64,000 nucleotides of DNA from an uncultured Chloroflexia bacterium (GCA_963772565.1 CAVYXU010000015.1:4306-68305), one strand, 5' to 3'. Counted from the first letter of the stretch, positions 1-10,493 are shown. The notes: generated from the letters alone by a model not told the origin. Numbers and translations are program-made.

Positions 1-132
1 AGCGCGCGGCGGTCTGGAAGGGCCGCTGAGGCCGGCGCGTCAACCACGGCCGGCCGCCATCGCCGGGGCCCGCGCTTCGGGGCCCGTTGCGTGCCGCGCT
101 CGCGGGCCAGACCCTCGTGCCACAATCGACGC

Positions 133-1362
133 ATGGCTCGAGACCTGCATCGCCCGCTTCGCGAGGCGTGGATCGTGGATGCCGTCCGGACGCCGATCGG
201 GCGCTACGGCGGCGCGCTCGCGTCCGTTCGCCCCGATGACCTGGCGGCAATCGTGATCAGCGCGATCGTCGATCGCACCGGCATCGAGCCTGGCCTGGTG
301 GAGGACGTCATCTTCGGCTGCGCCAACCAGGCGGGCGAGGACAACCGCAACGTGGCCCGCATGGCCGGGCTGCTCGCGGGGCTGCCGGTCGAGGTCGCGG
401 GCCAGACGGTCAACCGGCTGTGCGGCTCCGGGCTCCAGGCGATCAACGCGGCCGCCCACGCGATCGGCGCCGCGGACGGCGAGGTGTTCGTCGCCGGCGG
501 AGTCGAGTCGATGACCCGCGCGCCGTACGTGATGCTCAAGCCGGAGAGCGCGTTCAAGCGCGGCTCGCCGGCCATGGAGGACTCGACGCTCGGCTGGCGG
601 TTCGTCAATCCCCGGATGGAGGCCGCCTACCCGCCGATCTCGCTGGGCGAGACCGCGGAGTGCGTCGCGGACCAGCAGGCCGTGTCCCGTGAGCGTCAGG
701 ACGCGTTCGCGCTGGAGAGCCAGCGGCGAGCCGTGGCGGCGATCGAGGCCGGACGGTTCGCGTCCCAACTGGTGCCCGTTTCGGTCGCCGGACGCAAGGG
801 CGTGGTCACAAGGGTGGACCGCGATGAGCACCCGCGGCCGGACTCCTCGATCGAAGCACTGGCGGCGCTCAAGCCGGCGTTCAGGGCAGGCGGCACCGTC
901 ACCGCCGGGAACAGCTCCGGGATCAACGATGGTGCGGCCGCGCTGCTGCTGGTCGAGGCGGACCGTGGACGCGCGCTCGGGCTGCGGCCGATGGCGCGCA
1001 TCGTGGCGACGGCGGTCGCGGGCGTCCATCCCGACGTGATGGGGATAGGCCCGGTGCCCGCGGTCCGGAAGGTCCTCGGGCGGGCCGGGCTGGCAGTCCC
1101 GGACATCGACGTCGTCGAGATCAACGAGGCATTCGCGAGCCAGTCGGTCGCCTGCATGGACGCGCTCGGCCTCGACCCGGCGCGCGTCAACCCCAACGGG
1201 GGCGCGATCGCGCTGGGCCACCCGCTGGGCGCCTCCGGCGCGCGCCTGATGACCATGCTGGTCCATGAGCTGGCGCGCACCGGCGGCCGGTACGGGCTCG
1301 CGACGATGTGCATCGGCGTGGGACAGGGGATCGCGACGGTCGTCGAGCGCATCGACGGCTAG
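133..1362 (+). CDS. Acetyl-CoA C-acyltransferase, thiolase II family (beta-ketoadipyl-CoA thiolase-like).
   Basis: The ORF 91-1362 translation carries thiolase signatures: [13 protein letters not shown], the active-site Cys region [11 protein letters not shown], and a C-terminal [13 protein letters not shown] take the ATG at 133 ([16 protein letters not shown]) as the start. Confidence 0.9.
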   Translation: MARDLHRPLREAWIVDAVRTPIGRYGGALASVRPDDLAAIVISAIVDRTGIEPGLVEDVIFGCANQAGEDNRNVARMAGLLAGLPVEVAGQTVNRLCGSGLQAINAAAHAIGAADGEVFVAGGVESMTRAPYVMLKPESAFKRGSPAMEDSTLGWRFVNPRMEAAYPPISLGETAECVADQQAVSRERQDAFALESQRRAVAAIEAGRFASQLVPVSVAGRKGVVTRVDRDEHPRPDSSIEALAALKPAFRAGGTVTAGNSSGINDGAAALLLVEADRGRALGLRPMARIVATAVAGVHPDVMGIGPVPAVRKVLGRAGLAVPDIDVVEINEAFASQSVACMDALGLDPARVNPNGGAIALGHPLGASGARLMTMLVHELARTGGRYGLATMCIGVGQGIATVVERIDG

Positions 1363-1540
1363 CAAGCGCGCCGCGGGCTTCGTGACCGGTCGCGCTTCGT
1401 GACAGGCCGAAGCTCCTCACCCGCCACACACTGAGGATGATTTTGGCGCAGGTGCTGGACGAAATCCGTTGCGCTGCGTACGATCGTCGAGTTCACGCAC
1501 CGGGTTGGTGCGGGACCTGCGCCCCTCGAAGGAGTTCCAC

Positions 1541-1921
1541 ATGATCGACGCCCAGCCGACGGTCGTCTCGCTCACCGATACGGCAGCCTCGAAGCTGCGC
1601 GAGCTGACCAAGGACGAGACGAGCCCGGACATCGGCCTGCGCGTGTACGTGTACTCGGGCGGCTGCTCGGGCTACAAGTACGGGATGATGCTCGAGGATC
1701 AGCCGACCGCCGACGACAACGTGCTGAACACCAACGGCGTTCGCGTCTACATCGACGGCAACAGCGTGCCGCTGATCGAAGGCAGCCAGATCGACTACGT
1801 CGACACGCTCATGGGGGCCGGCTTCACGGTGAACAACCCCAAGGCCGTGTCGGGTTGTGGCTGCGGATCGAGCTTCCGGACCGAGGCGGACGCCGGCCAG
1901 GCCCGGAGCTGCGCGCACTGA
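1541..1921 (+). CDS. HesB/IscA/ErpA-family iron-sulfur cluster insertion protein.
   Basis: The IscA-type motifs VYVYSGGCSGYKYGM and a C-terminal CGCGSSF are present. The in-frame ATG at 1541 (MIDAQPTV) fits the usual length of about 125 aa. Confidence 0.85.
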   Translation: MIDAQPTVVSLTDTAASKLRELTKDETSPDIGLRVYVYSGGCSGYKYGMMLEDQPTADDNVLNTNGVRVYIDGNSVPLIEGSQIDYVDTLMGAGFTVNNPKAVSGCGCGSSFRTEADAGQARSCAH

Positions 1922-2055
1922 CCGCGCCCCGCCGCTGACAGGAGCCCTGCGGGCCAGCGCCCGCCGCGACAGGCATGAAGCCGCCGGTCCCCGGCGGCTT
2001 CTCGATTTGCCGGCCCAATGCTCGTCGCGGCGGCTCGTCATATGCTGCGACCGAG

Positions 2056-2817
2056 ATGCAGATCCCGCTGTTCCCGCTCCGCACCGTCCTCGCGCCCGGG
2101 ATCGCGCTGCCGCTCCACATCTTCGAGGAGCGGTATCGCATGCTCGTCCGGCACTGCCTGGACACGGGATCGCCGTTCGGGGTCGTGATGATCCGCGAGG
2201 GGACTGAGGTTGCACCCTCGAACGGCGAGCGACACGAGCTCTCGATCGCCGCCGTCGGCACCCTCGCCGAGATCCGGGAAGCGAGCGAGTACCCGGATGG
2301 GCGATGGGACCTGCTGGTCGTCGGCAGCCGCCGGTTCGTGGTGGTCGACGTCGACGGCGATGCTGCCCCGTACATCATGGCCGAGGTCGATCCGATCGAC
2401 GACGAGCTCGGCAATGGTCCCGTGGCCGACGCCCTCGTGCAGCGCGTGACCGCGCGCTTCGTCGACTACCTGCGGCTGCTCCAGCCCCGGGATGGCGAAG
2501 CGGTCGAGCCGATCGACGTTCAGGTCGAGGTCGAGGTGCCCGGGACGGATGGCGAGGACGCGATGCGCCCGGGCGGCGGGCCCGGCGAGCTATCGGCGGC
2601 GTTGCGCATTCCCGACGATCCATCGGCGTTGTCGTTCCTGCTCACGGGCATCGTCCAGGTGGAGCTCGATCGCAAGCAGGCGCTGCTCGAGGCGGCGAGC
2701 GCTGAGCGACGGCTGCGCGATCTCGATGACCTGCTCGATCGCGAGCTGCTGCTGCTTGCCCACCGGCTGGCGCCCTTCGCGCCAGATCGGCCGAGCATCT
2801 CGAACCGCGCCAACTGA
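2056..2817 (+). CDS. Lon N-terminal (LON substrate-binding) domain protein.
   Basis: MQIPLFPLRTVLAPGIALPLHIFEERYRMLV... is the typical start of a stand-alone Lon N-domain protein. The start is the ATG at 2056. Confidence 0.75.
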   Translation: MQIPLFPLRTVLAPGIALPLHIFEERYRMLVRHCLDTGSPFGVVMIREGTEVAPSNGERHELSIAAVGTLAEIREASEYPDGRWDLLVVGSRRFVVVDVDGDAAPYIMAEVDPIDDELGNGPVADALVQRVTARFVDYLRLLQPRDGEAVEPIDVQVEVEVPGTDGEDAMRPGGGPGELSAALRIPDDPSALSFLLTGIVQVELDRKQALLEAASAERRLRDLDDLLDRELLLLAHRLAPFAPDRPSISNRAN

Positions 2818-2824
2818 GCCTCGT

Positions 2825-4129
2825 TCAGGCGCGCGCCGTCACGGCGACCGAGAGCCGACGCCGGGCGACGAAGATCGTGAGCGCCGGGATCGCCAGGAAC
2901 GCGCCGCCGAGGACGGCGAGGGTCTGGTAGCCGAGCCAGTCGAGGATCAGCCCTGAGGACACGCTCGCGGCAGCACCGGCGGTCCACACCAGCACATCGG
3001 TCACGCCCTGAAGGCGGATCCGCTCCTCCAGCGATGCGCCGCTGGTGAGCAGGCTGCTGCCCGCGACGAACCCCAGGTTCCAGCCGTACCCGAGCAGGAA
3101 CAGGCCGAGCGTCAGCACGGGGATCTCGGTATCGCGAGCGACGGCCGCCAGGATGGCCGACACCAGCAGCGTCGCGAACCCGCCGTACAGCACCGCGAAT
3201 GCGCCGAACCGCTGGACCAGGCGACCCGAGAGGGGCGACAGCGCGAACATCCCGAGCGTGTGGGCGCTGATCACGAGGCCCACCGTTGACAGCGTCTCGC
3301 CCATGTCCTGGACGTGGACCGGCGTCATCGTCATGATCAGGACCATCACCGTCTGCCCCGTCACCAGGGCAACGAGCGCGACGCGGACCCGCAGCGGTGC
3401 GATGATGCTGAGGCGCCCCCCGAGGAACCCGGGTCGGTCCGCCACGACGGGTGCTGCCTCGACGTCCACGGGCACCATGGTGTCCAGCGACGCGGCTGGG
3501 TCGTCGCCTGCCGGATCGATCGCGGGCCGCGAGCCGCGGATCCAGGCGAGCGTTACCAGGAGGGCAAGCGCGAAGCCGAGCGTGGTGACCGCCATCCCGC
3601 CTTCGAGCGCGGGCCGGCCCAGCGCCTCAGCGACCCACCCTGCGGGTGCGACGAGGTTGGGTCCCAGCACGGCGCCGGCGGTGCTGCCCCAGACGACCGT
3701 TCCGACCGCCGACGCTCGTCGCTCGGGCGCGAGCAGGTCCGTGGCCGCGTAGCGCGAAAGCTGGATCCCGGCGTTGCCGAATCCGAGCGCCAGGCTGCCG
3801 GCGAGGAGCAGCGCGAATGACGAGAGCGCGATGGCCGCGACCGACGCCGCACCGCCTGCGACCGCGATCGCGAAGCCCACCAGCAGCCCCGGCCGCCGTC
3901 CTCGGCGGGCCATCGTGGCCGACAGCAGGGCGATCGCACCCGCCGTCCCGATCGTCCCGATCGCGCTCGGGAGTCCGGACAGCTCCGCCTTGCCGGTGAT
4001 CTCACGAGCCGCCAGCGCCGCCGACGTGAACGCGGCGATGTAGGCGATGCTGCCGAGCGCCGTTGCGGCGACGAACGGAGCAAGACGAACGGTTCCCGGT
4101 TGTCGCTCCGCCGTCGGGGTTGCGGACAT
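2825..4129 (-). CDS. MFS transporter.
   Basis: The protein has about 12 predicted hydrophobic helices and MFS-like loops (e.g. PLSGRLVQRFG). The start is at MSATPTAERQ, confirmed by cat at 4127-4129. The upstream part of the 513-aa ORF is rejected as R-rich read-through. Confidence 0.8.
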   Translation of the reverse strand: MSATPTAERQPGTVRLAPFVAATALGSIAYIAAFTSAALAAREITGKAELSGLPSAIGTIGTAGAIALLSATMARRGRRPGLLVGFAIAVAGGAASVAAIALSSFALLLAGSLALGFGNAGIQLSRYAATDLLAPERRASAVGTVVWGSTAGAVLGPNLVAPAGWVAEALGRPALEGGMAVTTLGFALALLVTLAWIRGSRPAIDPAGDDPAASLDTMVPVDVEAAPVVADRPGFLGGRLSIIAPLRVRVALVALVTGQTVMVLIMTMTPVHVQDMGETLSTVGLVISAHTLGMFALSPLSGRLVQRFGAFAVLYGGFATLLVSAILAAVARDTEIPVLTLGLFLLGYGWNLGFVAGSSLLTSGASLEERIRLQGVTDVLVWTAGAAASVSSGLILDWLGYQTLAVLGGAFLAIPALTIFVARRRLSVAVTARA

Positions 4130-4257
4130 CCGCGGATCATATCGGGCGATGAGGGACCGGCCCGGTGGTCCGCGGATCAACGGCGCAACTCGCGCATGGG
4201 GGCCGGCGTCAGCCCGGCAGGTTCCGAAGCTGAGCCGCCGCCTGCCTCGAGATGCCG

Positions 4258-4860
4258 CTACTCGCTGAAGCGCTGCTCCTGCCAGGGGTCGGCATCGTTG
4301 TTGTAGCCGTACCGCTCCCAGAACCCGAGCATGTCGTGGGTCAGGAATTCGAGGCCGCGGATCCACTTGGGACCCTTCCAGAAGTAGCGCTTGGGGACGA
4401 TCAGTCGCAGCGGATAGCCGTGGTCCGGCTCCAGGGGCTTGCCCTCATACGTGTCCGCGAGCAGGACGTCATCGTCGTCGAGGACCTCGATCGGCACGTT
4501 CGCGGTGTAGCCCTGCTCGGCGTGCCCGACCACGAACTTCGCGGCCGGCCGGACCTGGGCGAGCTCCAGAATCGTCTGGATCGCGACACCCTCCCAGTGC
4601 GTGTCGAGCTTCGTCCAGCGAGTCACGCAGTGGATGTCGGTCGTGACCTGCTTGCGCGGGAGCGCCTTGAACTCCTGCCAGGTCAGCCGGAGCGGGTTGT
4701 CGACCTCGCCGTAGACCTTGAGGTCCCAGGTGGACAGGTCGGCGTGCGGCACGCTGCCGTAGTGGAGGACCGGGAACTTCTCGGTGAGGTACTGACCGGG
4801 CGGGACGCGGTCGGCGGTGGCGGGATCGCCTCGACGATCCCCGAACAGGCGCTCGAACAT
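4258..4860 (-). CDS. Sulfite-oxidase-family molybdopterin oxidoreductase (YuiH/MsrP-like catalytic domain).
   Basis: The protein aligns along its length to the Moco-binding fold of SO-family enzymes (HYGSVPHADLSTWDLKVYGEVDNPLRLTWQEF...DIHCVTRWTKLDTHWEGV). No signal peptide is seen. Confidence 0.8.
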   Translation of the reverse strand: MFERLFGDRRGDPATADRVPPGQYLTEKFPVLHYGSVPHADLSTWDLKVYGEVDNPLRLTWQEFKALPRKQVTTDIHCVTRWTKLDTHWEGVAIQTILELAQVRPAAKFVVGHAEQGYTANVPIEVLDDDDVLLADTYEGKPLEPDHGYPLRLIVPKRYFWKGPKWIRGLEFLTHDMLGFWERYGYNNDADPWQEQRFSE

Positions 4861-4999
4861 CCTGGACTCCTGCGGGCGCGGGATCGCGCGCTGCTGGTCG
4901 ATCCCGGGGTGTGAACCGTACCAGCGAATGATGACGGAATTGCGACCGGGTGACTGCCCGCGCGTTCAGGGCCGGTTCGCCAGACGGCTCGGACGAGCC

Positions 5000-6547
5000 T
5001 CAATGGACGAACAGTATCCAAGCACCCGAATCGGGCGTCGCCACCGTTTCGGCGCTGTGCGAGCCGAGCATCACCGTGCCACCGACCTCGAGCGCGCGAT
5101 ATGCACCGACCGGGACGTCAAGACGCGAGTGCACGATGACTGAGCCTGGCCGAACGTCCGCCCCGGGCGCGAGAATGGATGGATTCATCCCGGCGACCGC
5201 CCAGAGGGGCAGGTCAAGGTCGACGGCGAGGCGCGGTCTGAGCAGGCCCGGAACGTAGAGCCACGGGGCAGCCTCGGCCGGTGCAGTCTGGCCGGCGACG
5301 AGGCCATCGGGCGCAAGGAGCGGCTCGACGATTGGCACCGCCAGATCCCCTAGGCGAGCGGTCGCCAGCTGCCCCTGCATCGCCGAGGCGACGCTTGAGC
5401 TGATCGGGGCGAATGGCGCCCCGAGGGCCGATGCCCCCACGACTACTGCCGACACGAGGGCTGCGGCCGTCATGGATGGTACCGGCCCAACCGCGCGCGT
5501 CGTCCGTGCACGCGTCACGACAGCTCGCGCGATGGCGGCAGCGCCGATCGCCGCGGCCACCGCCAGCGCAATCTCGATGCCGGCGTAGTACCGCGAGGAA
5601 ACGTATGTGCCGCGAGCCGCCAGCAGCACAAGCAACGCGCCGAGGCCCGGGCCGAGTGCGAGCAGCCCCAGGAGCAGCGGGCGGCGGTCATCCCTCCACA
5701 GTGCCCCCAGCCCAAAGAGCGCCAGGAGCACGGGAATCGGCCGTGCGACCAGGATCACCGCCCCGGCGTGGATTACTTCGCGCGGCGTGGGCACGGAAGC
5801 GGACGCGTTCGAATACGCCGCCGAGACGGACAACCAGAACCACGGGTCGCCCGTAAGCAGCCAATCATGGAGGAGCATCACGGGCAATGCCATTGCGGCC
5901 AGCCCGGTCGCAATCGCCAGGGATCGGATGCCCCAGGGCGACAGCGCGATCCTCCGTTCCGACGACCGTCGCCATCTGACGGATCGCACGATCTGGAGCA
6001 TGAGTGCCAGACCGACCATTCCGGTGACCACTACCGTCTCCAGGCGAGCCAGCGTGGCGAGCATCAGGGCGAGCCCCACGATCCAGGGACGAGGTCGCGG
6101 CCCGAGTGCGGCCAGTGCGGCGACAAGCCATCCGACGAGCGCCCAGGCCACGGGGTAGGCCAGCCCGACGTCAACCGCCAAGCGGGGCGATCCGAGCAGG
6201 ACCAGCGGTGCCGCGACGATGGCGACCCAGCGGGGCGCTCCAGCGGCGGCACGGCTGACGACGAGGACACCAAGGATCGCAGCGAGCGTAAACGCTCCGA
6301 TCGCCATGAGGCTGATCGCCCGCCAGTCCGGAACCAGGGCATGTGTCAGGCCGTAGACGAGCGTCAGCAAGGGCTTCGGCGTCGTGGTCACGAACGCCTC
6401 GAGCTGCTTGCCCGACACGATCCGGTCGAAATGGATCACCGACGCCGCGCTGTCGAAACCTACCGGCCCGACCTTGAGCGGACGGATCATGGCGACGAGC
6501 ACTGCCGATGCCGCCAGAGCACCAATCATGGCGCCCGCGAGCGTCAT
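5000..6547 (-). CDS. Polytopic membrane protein, possibly a GT-C-type glycosyltransferase.
   Basis: The ORF is about 515 aa with more than 10 hydrophobic segments. It lies divergent from the GT2/flippase-like pair. No family motif was recognised by eye, and the start is uncertain. Confidence 0.6.
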   Translation of the reverse strand: MTLAGAMIGALAASAVLVAMIRPLKVGPVGFDSAASVIHFDRIVSGKQLEAFVTTTPKPLLTLVYGLTHALVPDWRAISLMAIGAFTLAAILGVLVVSRAAAGAPRWVAIVAAPLVLLGSPRLAVDVGLAYPVAWALVGWLVAALAALGPRPRPWIVGLALMLATLARLETVVVTGMVGLALMLQIVRSVRWRRSSERRIALSPWGIRSLAIATGLAAMALPVMLLHDWLLTGDPWFWLSVSAAYSNASASVPTPREVIHAGAVILVARPIPVLLALFGLGALWRDDRRPLLLGLLALGPGLGALLVLLAARGTYVSSRYYAGIEIALAVAAAIGAAAIARAVVTRARTTRAVGPVPSMTAAALVSAVVVGASALGAPFAPISSSVASAMQGQLATARLGDLAVPIVEPLLAPDGLVAGQTAPAEAAPWLYVPGLLRPRLAVDLDLPLWAVAGMNPSILAPGADVRPGSVIVHSRLDVPVGAYRALEVGGTVMLGSHSAETVATPDSGAWILFVH

Positions 6548-6824
6548 CCTCGAGCCGGCTGGCACCAACCCACCCGAAACGGCCACCGTAACCTCCGATC
6601 CGCCCCTGGCGATCGCCTTCGTGTTGGATCGCGTCCGACCCGCGCCTGGCCGCCCCGTCGGCGCCGCGATGTGGGCCGCGACCTACGCTACCGCACCGGG
6701 ATGGGATCCAGAGGCATGTCGCCCGTCGTCGGCCCACCTGGGGCGGCCCTCGAGTGTGGCCTGCCGCCAACGACGCCCTGCGCTCGACGTTCGATATCCT
6801 GCGGCTGGTATCGTGCCATTCGTG

Positions 6825-7607
6825 ATGTCCGAGACCAAAGAGGCGGAGCCCCGCGTCGTCATCGTGATGCCCGCCTACAACGCCGCTCGAACGCTCGAGC
6901 GAACCTACGCGGACATCCCCCACGATCTCGTCGATCACCTCATCCTCGTCGATGACGTGTCGAACGACCAGACCGTGGTCATCGCGAAGCAGCTCGGGCT
7001 CGAGGTGATCACGCACCGCCAGAACCTGGGCTACGGCGGCAACCAGAAGACGTGCTACGACCGCGCGCTCGAGTGGGGAGCCGATGTCGTGGTGATGCTC
7101 CATCCCGACTACCAGTACGACGCCACCCGGATCCCCGACCTCGTCGCGCCCATCGTCGCCGGCGACTGCGACCTGATGCTGGGAAGCCGGTTCCTGGGCG
7201 ACCCGCTGGCCGGCGGGATGCCGCGCTGGAAGTACCTCTCGAACCGGTTCCTGACCGGCGTCGAGAACCTCGTGTTCGGTCTCCGGCTGTCCGAGTACCA
7301 CACGGGCCTGCGGGCCTACAGTCGGCGGCTGCTGGAGACCATCCCGTACCGCCTCAACTCGGACGACTTCGTGTTCGACCAGGAGCTGATCTCACAGGTG
7401 GTCGCCGTGGGCGGCCTGCGGATCGGCGAGATCGCCGTGCCCACGCGCTACTTCGAGGAGGCCTCGTCCGTCAACTTCCGCCGCAGCGTCGTGTACGGCC
7501 TGTCCACGCTCCGGGTCGTTGGCCGCTTCCTGCTCCACCGCACCGGACTTCGTCGCTCGGCCAAGCTCCGGCCGCGCGCTGCGGCACGCGAGCCCGGCGC
7601 CGCCTGA
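6825..7607 (+). CDS. Family 2 glycosyltransferase (polyprenol-phosphate sugar synthase / GtrB-like).
   Basis: The protein has VVIVMPAYNAARTLERT, the DxD region LILVDDVSNDQT, and a C-terminal amphipathic region. The ATG at 6825 is preceded by in-frame junk. Confidence 0.85.
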   Translation: MSETKEAEPRVVIVMPAYNAARTLERTYADIPHDLVDHLILVDDVSNDQTVVIAKQLGLEVITHRQNLGYGGNQKTCYDRALEWGADVVVMLHPDYQYDATRIPDLVAPIVAGDCDLMLGSRFLGDPLAGGMPRWKYLSNRFLTGVENLVFGLRLSEYHTGLRAYSRRLLETIPYRLNSDDFVFDQELISQVVAVGGLRIGEIAVPTRYFEEASSVNFRRSVVYGLSTLRVVGRFLLHRTGLRRSAKLRPRAAAREPGAA

Positions 7608-7608
7608 G

Positions 7609-8649
7609 ATGCGTCTGCGCGGCGGTCTCGGTCGGGCCGTCCTGGGCATCGCGATCTCGGTCGTTGCCCTGGCCCTCGTGGTCCGCACGGTGGACCTCGG
7701 GGCCGCCTGGGACACGCTGCGTCGCGCCCAGCCCGGCTGGATCATCCTGCTGCTCGCGTTCGTCGCTGCCGATCTCCTGCTGCGCGCGATCAGGTGGCGC
7801 GTGCTGCTCGCCCCGCTCGCCGACGTCCCGCTCCGGACGACGCTCGGCTCGCTGCTCGTCGGCTACCTCGCGAACAACGTCCTGCCGGCCCGGCTGGGCG
7901 AGATCGTCCGCAGCCACCACCTGGGCGCCAGGACGGGCGTCTCGCGGACCACGATCCTGGGCACGATCGTGGTCGAGCGCGTGGTGGACACGGTCGTGGT
8001 CGTGGCGATCGCCGCCGCCGCCATCCTCGTCCTGTCGGTCCGGGGCGTCGTCGCCTCGGCGGTGCTGGTCGGGCTCGCCGTGACCGCGCTGCTGGTGCTC
8101 GCGATCGCTGTCGGGATGGTCGCTCACCGGCTGCCGGGCGCCGAACGCGTCGCCGCGTTCGTGGGACGGTGGCCGCGCGTTCGCGATGTCCTGGTGCGGC
8201 TCCGCAACGGCCTCGCGATCGCCAGTGATCTGCGGACGATGGCGGCCGCGACGGTGCTCTCGATCGGCTCGTGGTCATGCACGGTGCTCGCGTTCGCCGC
8301 CGCCGGCCAGGCGATCGGGATCGAGCTCACCATCGGCCAGGCGGCCCTGCTCGCGGCGGGCACCAACCTCGCGACCGCGATCCCGGCCGCACCCGGGTAC
8401 GTGGGCACGTTCGAGCTCGCGGCGGTCACCATCGCCGGATCGGTCGGGATCGCCGCCGCGCCCGCGCTGGCGTTCGTGGTCCTGATCCATGCAACGACGC
8501 TGCTGCTGACCTCGGTCGGGGGCGCCCTGGTGGTTGCCCTGGGCAGCCGGCAGGCGCGTGCGGTGACGCCGACGCCGGCCGCGCCGCCGGCCGACGCGGC
8601 ACTGGACGGTCGCGCGGCGACCGAGCTGGCCGCCGACCTCGAGCGATGA
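7609..8649 (+). CDS. Flippase-like membrane protein (lysylphosphatidylglycerol-synthase TM-region family).
   Basis: There are multiple TM helices and the pattern LLVGYLANNVLPARLGEIVRSHH, typical of this family. The ATG at 7609 overlaps the GT2 stop (TGAGATG). Confidence 0.75.
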   Translation: MRLRGGLGRAVLGIAISVVALALVVRTVDLGAAWDTLRRAQPGWIILLLAFVAADLLLRAIRWRVLLAPLADVPLRTTLGSLLVGYLANNVLPARLGEIVRSHHLGARTGVSRTTILGTIVVERVVDTVVVVAIAAAAILVLSVRGVVASAVLVGLAVTALLVLAIAVGMVAHRLPGAERVAAFVGRWPRVRDVLVRLRNGLAIASDLRTMAAATVLSIGSWSCTVLAFAAAGQAIGIELTIGQAALLAAGTNLATAIPAAPGYVGTFELAAVTIAGSVGIAAAPALAFVVLIHATTLLLTSVGGALVVALGSRQARAVTPTPAAPPADAALDGRAATELAADLER

Positions 8650-9374
8650 CGACCTCGCCGCCGGCCGCGTCGCCATGGCCCGGCTCGCTCGACTGGGGCG
8701 GCGGCTGGCTGGAGGACGCGGTCGACGAGCTCGCCCATCTCGGCTTCGTGGTGCGCGACGGGAGCCGGACGGGCACCGTGCCGGGACCCAGGTTGCTGGT
8801 TGCGATCCGGGACCAGCCCACGCTCGAGCACTTCGACCCCGAGGAGGCCACGTACTGGGTCGCTCGCGCAGGGCGCTGCCAGCTCGGTCGCGTGGACGGC
8901 GGGACCCCGATGCCGTTGCATCGCTCGTTCGCCTGGGGCCGGCTACAGATCACCGACCGGGTTCCCGTCTCGAACCAGTTCCTGTCGTTCGGCGGCACGG
9001 TGCTCGGAGCCGTGCACGATGAGCGCGAGACGATCGTGGCATTCGTGTCCCGAGCGCCGATCGTCCGCTGGGCCGGACACTCGCAGGGCATGGACCCACT
9101 CGCGGACGAGATCGGCGCGTTCTTTGCGCGCCTCATGGTGCCCGTCGACTACCAGCCCGATGCCGAGGCACGGATCGCCGACACGGAACCCGAGGCGTTG
9201 TACGCGGCGTTCCTCCAGCACCTGGGCTCGCGGCTGCGACCGGGCGGTCCACTGCGCGCGGCGTACCCGACGCTGGCGCGGAACATGGATCACGAGGGTC
9301 ACCGGCTGCTGGCCGACGCGCCGGTCGTATGGCGTGACGGTGCTGCGCTGCTCGCCTGGCTGGAGCTGGGATAG
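8646..9374 (+). CDS. Hypothetical protein.
   Basis: The ATG at 8646 overlaps the upstream stop (ATGA). The composition is non-repetitive (LAHLGFVVRDGSRTG...). The N-terminal 125 aa of ORF 8271-9374 are rejected as overlap junk. Confidence 0.55.
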   Translation: MTTSPPAASPWPGSLDWGGGWLEDAVDELAHLGFVVRDGSRTGTVPGPRLLVAIRDQPTLEHFDPEEATYWVARAGRCQLGRVDGGTPMPLHRSFAWGRLQITDRVPVSNQFLSFGGTVLGAVHDERETIVAFVSRAPIVRWAGHSQGMDPLADEIGAFFARLMVPVDYQPDAEARIADTEPEALYAAFLQHLGSRLRPGGPLRAAYPTLARNMDHEGHRLLADAPVVWRDGAALLAWLELG

Positions 9375-9430
9375 GGTCGGTCGGCTGCGCCGGCCCGGAG
9401 CCTGATCTGTCGCCCGGGGCCTGGAATTGA

Positions 9431-9458
9431 CAGCGCCCCGGCGTGGGCCGGGGCGCTG
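9431..9458. terminator. Perfect 12-bp stem / 4-nt loop hairpin between convergent genes.
   Basis: The sequence cagcgccccggc-gtgg-gccggggcgctg lies in the 105-bp gap between the 8646-9374 (+) gene and the opu operon end (9480, -). Confidence 0.5.
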
Positions 9459-9479
9459 CGCGTACGGTCGAGCTCCCGG

Positions 9480-10493
9480 TCAGGGGATCGGGTTGGCCAG
9501 GTCGCTGAGCTTGGCCAGGTTGTACTTGGTTGCGGTGGCCTGGGTGACCACGAAGCCGTTCTGGTCCGTGGCGGCCGCCGGCGTCAGGGCCGCGAGGCCC
9601 TTGTCCTTGAGATGCTCGTTGAGCTTCGCGACCGTGGCCACCGGGTCGGTCGACGCCTCACCGGCGCCGCCGTTGACGAACTCGAGGGCCGTCGCGGCAT
9701 ACTCGGCAAGGATGTCGATCTGGCCGGACTCGAGCGCCGGGAACACGATCTCCCGGTTGCCCAGCTGGAACTTGCGGTCCACGGTGAAGCCATTGGCCTC
9801 GAGCGTCTGGGCGAACAGCTCGCCCAGGATCTCCTGCTCGTAGAAGTTGGTCGAGCCAACCGTGATGGTGCCCATGCCCGAGCCGCCGGGGCCGGGCAGG
9901 AAGCCGTTGGCCGTGAGCCACGACTTCGCGGCGTCGGCAGCCGGCGTCCCGTCGACGGTGACCTGCTTGTTGAGCGAGGTCAGCTCGCTCTGGGACAGCT
10001 TGGCCGAGATGCCGTCGAGCAGGGTCGCGACGTCCGGATGGGCGTCGAGCACCGCCTGGCGCACGACCGGGACGAGGTTGTCGGCGAGCTGGAGGCCCTT
10101 GTCGTCGGCCAGCAGGACGAACCCGTTGGACGCGATCGCGGGGTCCGAGGTGAACAGCAGGCCGACCTGGATGTCGTCGTTCTTGAGCGCTTCGACGGTC
10201 AGCGGACCGCCGGCGTCGAGTGCGACGAAGTCCTTGAATGTCAGCCCGTATGTTCCCTGCAGCCCCTCGAGGCAGAAGGGTCGAACCGGGCATTCGGCCG
10301 GGCCGCCCAGCAACAGCTCGCTGGAGATCGCCGGCCCGGCGCTGGCCGGCTCGCTTGAAGCCGGGGCCCCGCTCGCGGCGGCACTCGATGCCGCGGTCGC
10401 CGTCGGCGACGCGCCGCCCCCACCCGACGAGCACGCGCTCAGCACGAGCGCGAGGATCGTCGCCCCGAGGGCAGCAGTGCGGAACTTCCGCAT
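9480..10493 (-). CDS. Glycine betaine/choline/carnitine ABC transporter substrate-binding lipoprotein (OpuCC/OpuBC-like).
   Basis: The start is MRKFRTAALGATILALVLSAC, a lipobox. The rest matches the osmoprotectant-binding fold. cat is confirmed at 10491-10493. Confidence 0.85.
   Translation of the reverse strand: MRKFRTAALGATILALVLSACSSGGGGASPTATAASSAAASGAPASSEPASAGPAISSELLLGGPAECPVRPFCLEGLQGTYGLTFKDFVALDAGGPLTVEALKNDDIQVGLLFTSDPAIASNGFVLLADDKGLQLADNLVPVVRQAVLDAHPDVATLLDGISAKLSQSELTSLNKQVTVDGTPAADAAKSWLTANGFLPGPGGSGMGTITVGSTNFYEQEILGELFAQTLEANGFTVDRKFQLGNREIVFPALESGQIDILAEYAATALEFVNGGAGEASTDPVATVAKLNEHLKDKGLAALTPAAATDQNGFVVTQATATKYNLAKLSDLANPIP

Noticed and set aside
8271-8645. The N-terminal 125 aa of ORF 8271-9374.
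   Set aside because: It overlaps the 3' end of the flippase-like gene in another frame and is Arg/Gly-rich. The downstream ATG at 8646, with an ATGA overlap, is the credible start.
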